This document shows positions 12,426 through 24,547 of a stretch of 64,000 nt of DNA, piece after piece. Position numbers and translations under genes: made by a program. A model generated the notes under the pieces. That model saw nothing but the letters and a program-made list of their open reading frames with translations, was not told the DNA's origin and searched no databases. This DNA comes from Trichoplax sp. H2 (lineage: Eukaryota), in contig NOWV01000218.1 of assembly GCA_003344405.1 (NCBI GenBank), positions 1-64,000 on the forward strand. The letters are read 5' to 3'. Position 1 is the first letter of the stretch, and the number at the start of each line of letters is the position of its first letter.

Positions 12426-15400
12426 TCAAAGCAAGTACGATAGTCGAATTCATTGAGTTAAAAATTTAAAGGAGCCTTAATGGGGTTTTGAGACAAAAGT
12501 GAAAATCTAAACTAAAGACTTAAAATGATAGAATACATTCAATTTACTTGAGAAGATAAATCTTTAACATAGACAGGTGAGTTTCTATCAGAAAATGTAA
12601 GCTAATTATTGGATATAAAAACGATATTATACTCTCTGTAAGTTAATAAATTTCCTCTGGCATAGAGCAATCATTCTTTATCTCTTATTAATACTAAGAT
12701 TACTGTCAAAGATGTAGATTATGATACAATGATGAAGTAGATAAAGGGTTTTAAATTTACAGTCTATAGTAATTATTAAATCTTGATGGAACTTTGTAAA
12801 TTTTGAATCAATTTGATGTAATACTATGAAGAAGATATCTTTATTGATTTGTTGCAATGGATATCCAATGCGATTATAATTATGTACCATAATTGATAAT
12901 TCATTTGCATAGAAAGATCATAAAATTGACCGACGTTCAAACAGCAAAGTTGTTTTGTCAGAAAATCATAATTCTAAACTATGATTGCATTCTTGATACT
13001 GAATTAGATCCATCATTGTGAGGCAAATAAACGCCTGCATAATAATAATTGATATATGTATAATACGATTTTTGGTATTATTTTGATAGTGGAAGTACGT
13101 CTCGATAAATGACTAAATATTAATATTCATAGCTATATAATTTTGGTCGATATTTGACCTTAACTCCATTCTATACCCATTAATGAGGAAGTTATGCTTA
13201 AATTTTTTCTACATGTTGCACTTTTACCTCTTGAAATGCTGGTTAATAACTATCTAACTGTAGTAATTATATTATTACATGGTAACATTCAATTTATAAA
13301 ATAGATTGATATGATTACACCACCTATCAATACGCATTATATTGATCGCATTAGCTAAGCTACTTATTTGTCAAATGAAAATGGTAACGGCTTCATATTG
13401 CAAATTAGACAAACTATCTAAATATTAATTATTAATATAAAGCTACTAACGGTGATGAGGATATGGACTACTGTATAAGCAAAATTGATATTTTTAGTGT
13501 CAAGGTAAGGCTTACACTATTACTTGTAGCCGATGATGATCTACTGTATAATCATATAATGATTGAATCAATGTAGACATAAGTCCTTGAAACACTAATT
13601 CTACTATGGGTAATTTTAAATAAATACAATACGCTGTGTAGGAGCAGAATATTTTTTGTTTGTTGTTGATATTTTTTATTTAAAGAGATAAAATGTTGCA
13701 GCCAATGTATTTAGTTGACTTGAAATAGTCCTATTGAGATGGTAAGTGCTCTACGTTATATCTATGACTAGCTTATCTCGCGCTCAATTAAGTACTTTTA
13801 TATCATTAATAGTAACCAGTAAAGGATAAGTTGTATGCGTAGTATAATATTCAAGAATTGAAAAAGTTACTACAGAAGAGTGCACTTTCATACACGTATA
13901 GGAGAAATTACTTTATTAAATATTATGGACCACTGTTCTAGTGATCCATGCTAAATACTACCCATCATGGAGCAAATCTTTTATGACTTTGCCATAATTT
14001 ATTTTCTTACTATACGCATTATTGAAATGATGAAATAATCAATCTAAGAAGCATGATGAATTCAATTTTTGACCTGCTGGAACTAATCATCATAGTAAAA
14101 TGATATTAGTTTGACTTTTTAACACTATAATTATTTATTCAAGTAATAATCCGAGCATAATACAGTAGAGCGATCACGCGGTACCGATCATCATAAGCTT
14201 GATATTACTTTTATAACAGACTTTCATTACTATTAATGGCAGTTGCAATTCAATATTTTGTAGTCAAGCTACGCATCGTAAAATCGAATAAAGATTAACC
14301 TAGGGATACCATGGTATATCAGTCTTGGCGACCACTGGCATCATTGTCATTTTCAATCGTTCTTCAAATGGGCTTAGTTCAGCTATGATGAACATTTTAT
14401 ACTCGTAACATTCAATCTTTCGCTGCGCTACTCTACTCGGATATAGATCATCTAGTTTTTATGTTTCAAGCCTAATTTGGATTCATCATGGTGTTACAAT
14501 CGGTTTGCTATCCATCTACTGTAGATGTTTCAGTGATTATTGTCATTATTTTATTTGTTTTCCTTTAAATGATCGTACTATAATGTAGGCAATTCTTTAC
14601 AATCACTTGGTATACTTGCATTTTTATTTTATTTTCTGAATATAATTATTGGATGCCATTGCTTGGTGTATAGTGTAATGATTCATTTCCAACAGCCGTA
14701 ATCTCGTTTATTGTAACTGAGCATTAAAAGTATTTATTAGGTGGACCCTAATTACCTTGGGCAATTACAGAAAAAACTACCCGATAGAAATCATTAGAAG
14801 TGAAAATGGCTCCATCTTGACATGATCCATAGGAATGATTGAATTGACGTCAATGGTTACCCAGGGAAAAGGGCGTCGACGTATATTAACAACTGTTCCG
14901 TATTCAAGCTTTTGTACAGTATAGATGCAACTTTGATACAGGGTACTGTCGTGGTCAAGTCGTTGTGCTGAGTCAATGACTTATTAACCTGCTGCTGGTA
15001 TGAATTTGGATGGCAAGAATGATGAATTCATGAATTCATTCAATTTACCTATTTATTTTATTTATTCAAACTACAAAAAGTTCGCAAGTCTGGTTACAAC
15101 AGCGAATTTGTATGAAATCTGAATCTCTTACTGGGAAATGTGGTTTAAAAATTTGGAAGGGTTCGACTCCCAGACTATATACTGTACAGTGAATAGAATG
15201 AATAAACTGACAAAACACCAGCACCAATTTACAATAGAATTCAATGATACCAGACAGTACAGTATAGTGATCTAATGGTGAAGACTTGGCTTAGTCTTAC
15301 GACTGGTCTTTGGCTGTGTTTATTAAAGGAAAGAGCGATAGGACTGTTCTGAATTGGCTATTGTATAATACAATCTACAGCTTTCAATCAAACTGTTATG

Positions 15401-15770
15401 ATGTTGTAAGATCCCCAGGGTCTGTGGTTGGCCTTTTTTTCTTTTAAAAGGGAACGGTTTTGTACTTTTGATTTGTTCTATCAATGTAGTCTATCATACT
15501 TTTATTGGGGTTGCATCGTTTTGAGTTGCGTCTGTGTTGCAGCCTTTTGCACCAAGTACTAGTGTCATGAAAGATTTCTTGGACAGTTGAAGTTAATAAA
15601 CAGCAATAGCATGTATTAATATTGTCAACAGAATGATGACAACGATGAAGACACTAGGTTGGTTGACTGTGGATGAAGTAGTCATTGTATAAATGTCGTA
15701 ACCAATGATGAGTATGAAGAGAAGTCGGCAAGGCCGAATACAGTAATACAATAGTACAAAATGAGGAAAC

Positions 15771-16012
15771 TATTCTACTCTTCGGAGTAGCTTTGTGTAC
15801 TACCGATGGCATTTATGTGACTACGCTGTATGTTGTGTCATGGTTAGAATATACAGATTAGGTAGCAATGCATTACTCCTCTGCTACAGCATCGTATTCT
15901 ACTCTTCGGAGTAGTTTTGTGTACTACCGATGGCATTTGTGTGACTACGCTGTATGTTGTGTCATGGTTAGAATATACAGTTTAGGTAGCAATTCATTAC
16001 TCCTCTACTACT
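15771..16012. repeat. Near-identical 124-bp tandem duplication, each copy with a CTACTC-TTCG-GAGTAG hairpin
   Basis: Copies start at 15771 and 15895 and differ at only a handful of positions. Confidence 0.85.
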
Positions 16013-16759
16013 GCATACTGTTCAACTAGGCATTGGTGGAAATCGCTGTTTTAGATCCATGAAGAATAATTGAATCATGGAGTATAGTAGATGATTGCAT
16101 GTCAATTAGGCAATAAAGTAATAAGATTACTACTGTATCTATGACATCGAATGCAGCATCAGTAAGATTACATGACGGTCGTACTGTAGAATTATACTGT
16201 ACACATTTGGCTTTTGAATGTTCGAAAGGCATACCATGGATTTTGCGGATACCCTACGGTACAATCTGTCGTCGAAGCTATAAAAGCTGGGAGTTTTTAA
16301 GGGATATGACCATGATCGATGGGCAACATCAAGATGTTCAAGCTAGTCATTTAATTCAAGAAAAGGCAACAGAGATTTTGGCTTAGCTAGGTGATATTAT
16401 GGTGATTGTATAATTAATTAATTAATTATTCGAAAAAGAAGTGAGTCACTCACTGACTCATACTATACAGTGTACAGTACTTTTAACATTGGTTGTAGTG
16501 TACTGTATGGTTTGCACAGGAAAAGTCGACTTGTTTAGCTCAAGTATGAACTCAACATTGAGTGAACAATCCAGTGCAACAGTCCATACAGTGCTATACT
16601 GCTTCTCGGGATCAAAGTACAGTCATAGGCTACTAAAAAAATGGGGTATAAAAATATCAACATCATGGTAGAGGAAAAAAAGGAAAAGGAAAAGCGATCA
16701 GCCTATCGACAGACTCGTCAAACTAAAATGCAAAAAATGATCATTGGAGTGGGACTGAC

Positions 16760-16995
16760 CATCAGTACAGTACGTACTGTAGTAGCAGCTACTCGATACA
16801 GTACTGTACTTACAGTCGGCAGACTACTGTACTAAGACTGTACAGTACTTACAGTCGGCAGACTACTGTACTAAGATTGTAGGCAATGGTGACGGTACCG
16901 TAGTCTACAGTACGGTACGTACAGTACAAAAATTTCGACCAAAGTTCGAATACTGTACTGTACAGTGTACAGTACACTGCCAGTCTACAGTACAT
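16760..16995. promoter_or_regulatory. GTAC/ACAGT-rich patch with a small internal duplication; probable WDR26 promoter region
   Basis: Same motif class as at 2185-2350 and 29140-29265. gtacttacagtcggcagactactgtactaaga occurs twice (~16806 and ~16845). A strong donor AG|gtaagt at 17216 could join the acceptor at 20484 as a 5' UTR exon (inference). Confidence 0.45.
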
Positions 16996-19900
16996 GCCCT
17001 ATACAGACGTACAGGACGGACTGTACTGGGATGATCCACTGGACGAGTATATAACAAACAAACAAGCCCAACGCCGATTCATTGTCGTGGGATATTTTGC
17101 GTCAGAAAAGTGGTACAGCTTCGTACAGTATATGTTGGAAAAGAAACGTCTGCTTTACTTTACGTTTTCGCTGTCATTAATTCAATAAAAACTCATTGAA
17201 CCTTTTCTATCTTAGGTAAGTTCTTTTCTTTCGTTCGTCATTTGCATAGCGTGTTGATGACTAGCTTTAAAGAAGCCTACAATTGGAGGTTGTGTTATGC
17301 TCCGCGGCCGCTATCGATATCGATGACGTACTGTATTTTAATGTTGTAATACTCTAGTCATCCCTATATGGTGCTAGCACCTTGCATGTTTAGAAGGTTG
17401 AAGGCGCTTTTTGCTATCTACAATCGTTGTATCTTTTCTTGAGGACATCATATCGATCAGATTTTAGGATAGGCATACAACGTTATGTTACGCAGGATAA
17501 TTGGATATGGAGTATGTACAGATGCATTTTACTCTATTGAAGATGACCGGAATGGAAGGAACAATATAGCGTTGACTGTTCTGTACAGTGCTACAGTAGT
17601 TCAGCGTCCTCGTCGTTCCGGTCAATTAAAGCTCAACGTTAAGCCTGTTTATGTAGTGTTCTACATAGAATAGAAGATTGTTTGTTGCATGGCCGTATCC
17701 TGGCCATGATCTGCTATTGAGCGTTATTCATGGAGTAAGAAATAAACAGTAAGAGGAATGGCCGCAATTATTAGAGGATCGCATATTTTTTTGTTTATGA
17801 CGTACCATCATGGTGGTGTAGGCCCGTATCTTCCATTGGTTGTAGTCATCAATGATCGAATTCTTGACCGTCGACACTGTACAGTATATATACGCTATAT
17901 CAGAAGACTCATTGGACATGTTATTTTTCAAGTTATGTTTGATTTCTTTTTATCATTCTTCTAAAAAGTGATACTATTACTACTTTGAGAAAAGATTCTT
18001 CTACCAGAATGAAATGAATTTTATCAAATAATTTTCCTCCTCGGAATAATTCGATACAAGTTATTATTAAAGGGCCCTGCCGGCTTCCGTACCATCTCTA
18101 CAATAGTACTGTACAGTGTACAGTACGCTCAGCAAAGTACCGTACGGTGACGTGTGAATTGACTGTACTGGCAGTAACAGGCCAGAATAATAATAACAAA
18201 TCATCATGGCGTTCATAGACAAGTCCATCTCCATTTTCGATAACCTGGATTTGAAGATCAATTAGGATAGCTTTTCTACCATTTCACGACTTGATAGTGC
18301 GATAGTAGAATAAATGATTGCTACATACTAAAACTGTAATAACAAGCTAATCATCTTGATACACTAGTTGACAGTAAAGACAAAAATATCAATGAACGAA
18401 AAGCTGTTTTGAAAATAGACAGGGAACAAAGGTGCGGTTTTTGTTTCGTATTTTTGATCGGTCATGTCTTACTAGCGTTCCTTCTTCATATCCAACCATC
18501 ATCTTGTTGTAGTTACTACTATACCAATAGCCTAGCTAGCTAACTATGTATCAAGTCTGGAATAAAGATAGGCATATCAGAAGAGCAGATTGTAGTTGAA
18601 TCATTCCAAAATATCTTGATCGTCTATTGTTCATTCTACGTCGTATGATGAAGAAACTAAACAAAACATGAAATGGACGCACGGACGTTTGGATTTGCAT
18701 CGGAAAATTAAGCTGTTTTGTTGTTGTCTATTTGACTGATTGCCGTTTCTAGTACAACATCTCCTGCATCCAGTAGTGATTTTCTATCGATCAGACAGTA
18801 TTTACAGTAAGAAGATTGCTAGAACCAATAGTGGTCCAACAGTGAAAATCGATATTAATAAATCTTCATCGTGGTACAATTCTACTCATAACAGGTTATC
18901 AAAATGTGAGTACACATCACTACATTGCATCGTTATCCATCATATTTTACACAATGTTGATCTTGTAATAATAACTTGATGTTCAGTAAAGAATTTTCCT
19001 ACAATAGGGCTAGAGTGCAGTAGATAGCGAAATTGGGCCGAGTTATAGGGTAACTCGATACTTGGTAATGTGTGAATGGACACGATACACTTACTTGATA
19101 TAACTAGGATGATAGACTCAAAGTCATTTAGAAGAAATTACAGTACTACCAAATAGATTATGCTGAAATTTTTATTGATTTTACTCACTGTAAATCAATC
19201 TACTTTTACCGTATAGGTAGACGGTATAGAATGTGGGGGTCTGTTAGCCAAGTTAGATGATTTAGTTCTTTTTTCATATAAAATTGAACGCTTTCGAATT
19301 TTTTTTTTTTCAATTCTATCGGCAATCGTAGCACCCCAAAGTGCTTCAAATAGAACTTTTATGTTTAAAGTCTAGTTATTGTAGCTATCAAGTCAATGAA
19401 TATTTTACTTCCTTACAGTTCTACGTCAAAGTCTATTCCTATATCCCCATAAAATAACTAAGCTAATAATGTATTATCAAACACCATACCTTAAATACGC
19501 GTATATCATTCCTATCGGTATTCTAACGCAGCAAAGGATGATGTAAAGAAAAATATTCAATTTACCTAAATTAGACAGACTCAACTAAGGCTATCCAAAA
19601 AAAAAAAATCATTTTATGCTTAAAATAGCGCAGAAATGTTATCAATATGGGTGCGCTCTGAAATACTATAACGATAGCCAATATGAGATGGAATAAATGG
19701 CAATCCCGGAATAAAGTAGTCCATAAAGATCATTCATTATACAACTATAGTTTTGGGTACAGCGAGTATTTCTCTGCAGTAATATATTTCTAATTGAGAG
19801 TACTTCTTCGATCAATGTTAATTATCATGTAGTGCAATCTAATGTTGTAAATAAAAGTTGGATAAATAAGATGCTAGACTGTGACGGTAACACTTGAATC

Positions 19901-20612
19901 ATGCAAGATAGTATATTAAATATTGGTTTACTGTACTGCTCAATATACAATATTATAGTATACAGCTATTTCGCGTTACTATTTCTACCTACTGATTGCC
20001 CTGTTTAATTGTGCCGGTAGATTAAGCTGTTTTCTATCTGGTGTATATTAACGATAACTCAGTCAATCGAATCCTTATACAAGATACCAATCTCTAGTGC
20101 TGTATGATAATGTTATCATTAAATTCAATTTAGTAGTACCTCAAAAATGTATCAGGATACTTGTTCTTACTTCACTCATGATACTGAAGATCGTTGGCTG
20201 AAATTGGCAGTTTTGATGTACGCTTACACTTTTATATATGCTATAGATGTAGTCTTGCTGGCATTGAAACTTGATATACAGCATATGACATGAAGAACTT
20301 GAAGAGATGAGCATTGCTTGTTCGTCGTAGTATCGTACAATGGATTAGCAAAAATATGAAATTTCTCAACTTTATCAAATAATTGATAGAGCTTTAATTA
20401 AATTAGATTGACTCGATATCGAAAAGTGATAAATTGCGTTTGTATTAAAAAATTGAACGCTCATTCTTTTATTTTATAATTTAGTGTTTAAGTGACTTCA
20501 CGCAAGTCTGGCATCATCTGACGACGAGACTGCAATAGGTCTGTCTCCGCCGCCACGCAAAAAAGTTTGTTTGGAGCTCACAGCTGCACGGTGTTCATAT
20601 AACGAAGGTGAT

Positions 20613-23600
20613 ATGCAATCTAGCGATGCTGTTCGAGAATCAGAAGCTGAGCGTATGAAAGCGTCGATTTCCTCTTCTACAAAATTGGTTAATTCAGTAA
20701 ATTCGAATGGCGTTCATGACGTTGTTAATGGAAACTCTGATAAAGCAGTATTACCGACTGTTAAACTTTCACAAGACGAACAAGATGTAGTTAGGCTGAT
20801 TGGTCAGCATTTGCTTTCGTTAGGGTTAAAGTAAGTACTTTTTCTGAAAAAATTGATAATGACGATCATTACCTGCTTGTTATTACTTCATTTAATATCG
20901 TTTTTATGAAGTTTATTTCAATCACGACGTTGAATGGCAATTTAACCTTTTGTTGTGTATATCCAAAATTTACGCTAATCAATTTATTACTTTAGCCGTG
21001 CTGCTGAAGAATTGGTCCACGAATCAGGCTGCATGTTGGAGCACCCTATAGCTGTGAAATTTAAAGTGTGTGTTTTAGAAGGGAATTGGGATAAGGTAAA
21101 ATTGTAACTTTTCTATTTTCGAGTTTTAATTGATTGCAGTTTCTTTTCAAGGGTAGCTATTTTATCATCACTTAAATCAACCATGAGTACTGTATACTTG
21201 TAAAAACTTGACAACTATTACTATTAAAAACTGTATTAATTAATATTAAAAAGAAATACCCATTGTATTACGAAACTGTAGGCGGAGACTCTTCTTTCAG
21301 AATTTAGACCTATGCTAAAGTCTGAAAAGAATTTAAAGGTAACTTTACAGGCTTCAATTTATTGAAAGATATTTTATAATCATTTTCGATTTTCATTTTA
21401 GCGATATCTCACTCAGTACAATGTTATACTTAGACCATGATTTTTATTGAAATGCAAAAAATTTTTTTGTTTTCAATTTTTTAGAAAATTAGATTTCTTA
21501 TTTTGGAACAAAAATACTTAGAACTTATTGAAGATAATAAAGAAATTGATGCATTGATTTGCTTAAGAAATGAAATTACTTCATTAAAGTATAGTATTGA
21601 TAGAGTCCACGAATTAAGTCGGTAAGATTATAATTTACGAGATTCATAACAAATTATCCGACGTACTAATAATAATATTATTGGCCATACTTCAAGGTTA
21701 ATAATGTGCAGTAACAAAGAAGACTTGCGAATACAAGCCAGTTGGGATGGAAAAGGCGCCCTATCGAGACAAAAGCTTATGGACAAACTTCAAGGTAGAT
21801 ACATGTAGAATGTATCTTGCGTGTTATATGGAAAATATATTTTAAATTATCCTTACTATACCTTACCACAGACAGAGTAATATATTTTGTACTTGTTATC
21901 GTATTAAAATCATAGGTTATATTCCGCCAACATTACTGTTACCTCCTAATCGATTGCGGATGCTGTTAAGACAAGCGATGGATTTACATAGAGAGAGATG
22001 CTTAATTAATAACACTAAGATTACTGAAGAATCATTACTGGCTGACCACTCTTGTAATAGGTGTGGTATTTATCTTATATATTAATGACATCGATCAGTC
22101 ATTAATCTGTACTCTAGTTAATATTATGACTTATTCTTGTCTCATTTATTTATTTTTTAGGCATAATTTACCTTGTATAACGAAACAAATTTTAACTGAT
22201 CATAGTGACCAAGTAAGAAAGATGGAACCTAAAATGTTGATATTGTTTAATCTAGTTTGCTTCGGAAAATTCCTAATCATAAAATCTACTTATCTGTTTG
22301 TGATCGCTACAAAAATAACAGGTTTGGTATGTTCAGTTTTCACACGATGGCCAAAAATTAGCTACTGGATCTAAAGATACTAGTGTAATAATTTGGAGGC
22401 TAAATGTAAGTGACACATTTTGGATTAAGCTTCATACTATAGGTCAATGCTAGGATAATTTAGGTTGCTTTTATGTTATAATCCAATCATAGAATGGAAA
22501 GTTTGAAAAAGTGCAAAAGTTTAAAGATCGTGCTGACTGTGTTAGTTTCTTGGCATGGAGTCCTGACGATAAATATTTGCTCATTTGTGGTCCTGAGAGC
22601 GTTTCAGATGCAACTGTTTTAAACGTTGAGGTTGGTTGATATTTAAGTTCATAATATATCGATTGATGTTGTCATCGGTGTTGATATGAAATCTAAGGAT
22701 CACTGTACTAATATGGTATACAACTTTTATTCTACTCTTAGACCGGTGAAGTCCAGTGTAGGGTACACAATTATTCAGAAGACCAATTAATGTTGGGTGA
22801 TTGGACAAAAGATGGTCAAAAATTTGTAGTAGCTGGTCCGAAGGGCCAATTTTATGAATGTGTATGTATAATTTAAGTATCTGTTTGCGAGATGGCTACA
22901 ATCTTGATCATGTAAATGATATCTGATTGCAGCATTGTGGTAATTTCTACTTTCTAATTGTATGTTGTTGGGTGCAGAATTTAGAAGGGACTGTGCTTAA
23001 ATCGTGGGATGGGGTTCGTGTACAAGGCCTTCGATGCCATAAAGATGGTAAAACTGTACTTGCCGCGGATACCCATATGCGTATTAAATCGTATAATTTT
23101 GCAGATAAAACAGATCGATTTATGTAAGTTATATAACTTATTGAGTATCTTCTAATGTTACATAAGATAACCAATTAATTTTAAAAATAAATTTCATCGG
23201 CATAGATTACAGGAAGATCATCCTATAATGTCGTTTGACCAATGTAAAAGTGGACGCTATGTCGTATTAAACATGTCTGGTCAGGTAAGATTGAGTATTT
23301 AAGAATAAATATATCAAGACTGGTATGCAGTACGAGGTAGTATGAATCAGCTTGTTTATTTTTATAGTATAACTTTGCTCAGTAATTTTATTCAAATTTC
23401 GAAATCTTCTGCATCTTTAAAGGGGCTACATTTATGGGATATCAAGACTAGTTGTCTAGTTCGTAAATTTAGAGGTGTAAAGCAGGGAAATGATGCAATA
23501 TTTTCCTGCTTTGGAGGAATAGACGATAGTTTTGTGGCCAGTGGTAGTGAAGGTATTGCAATCACTTATTTTTGTACATCTTAATTGATTTTTCTGCTTA

Positions 23601-23910
23601 ATTATGTGTAATACTTGACTTGTCTAGATCATGAAGTTTACATATTTCATGTAAGGCATGAGTCACCTGTAGCTGTGTTATCCGGCCATACTAAGACAGT
23701 AAATTGTGTTAGTTGGAATTCCAATGATGTAAACATGATTGCTTCGGCTAGTGATGATGGTACTGTACGTATTTGGGGTCCATCGGATTCTGATAATGGT
23801 AAGTTTACAAGATTCCTTATACTGCCTTTCTACCTAAATATCCTACGTGGGTTATTCTAAAATATTTTTCTTTTCCTATATAATTAGAGGACGAATGTAC
23901 CTACTTTTAG
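20613..23910 (+). CDS. WDR26: WD repeat protein 26 (CTLH/GID E3 ligase subunit, GID7 family); first in-frame ATG 20613, probable CTG start at 20508
   Basis: Lis[37 protein letters not shown]...[30 protein letters not shown]40: [33 protein letters not shown]...[35 protein letters not shown]...[17 protein letters not shown] 23908-23910. Confidence 0.96.
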
Positions 23911-24547
23911 TATTGAAATGGTGGGAATATAGTACTGTATTCATTGTTTGGGATTTCATGTACAAAATTTTTCAATATGGTTCCTGATCCATGATAACTG
24001 TAATTGCAAAGATCTATATCATGTTTTATGTTAATTAGTTTACATATTGGCTTCACGTGCGATCCTTTTCGTATTAACCATGGTATTTATTACTGCTGTG
24101 ATATTGTTTGATTGTTTTATCAATAAAGATTCGAATATTAAATTTAAGGAACTATTTTTATTATTTGCTTTAAATTAAATGAATAGTTTACTGTACATGT
24201 TTGAAAGTTGGTCCAACATATATAAAGAATATGAGCGCTTGCAACCCTAAACGTGCTCGAGTTTCGGTACAATATTAGCTTTCGCATAAGATAAAGATTA
24301 TTTCTTATATTAACGTTTGGAGATGATTGATTGTTTTAAGTAAGATTTTAGCCTATTTACACATTCATTGTATTTATTAGTTACTTTTATCGTAAAATTT
24401 TGGTAGATAAAAGTATAGTATCAATTTATCGTCACTTCAGTGTTAAAATAGTTTACAGGATGGTCAATATATACGCTTATTAACAGTAATTAATATACTA
24501 AATTATACAAATATTCAACCAGGTCAGGCACAGTTTCATAAAGATGT

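Noticed and set aside
14844..14855. ATTGACGTCAAT palindrome (CRE-like)
   Set aside because: A single short site with no linked TSS evidence; could occur by chance in 64 kb.
15159..15171. GGGTTCGACTCCC, resembling a tRNA B-box/T-loop
   Set aside because: No acceptor, D or anticodon stems can be formed around it.
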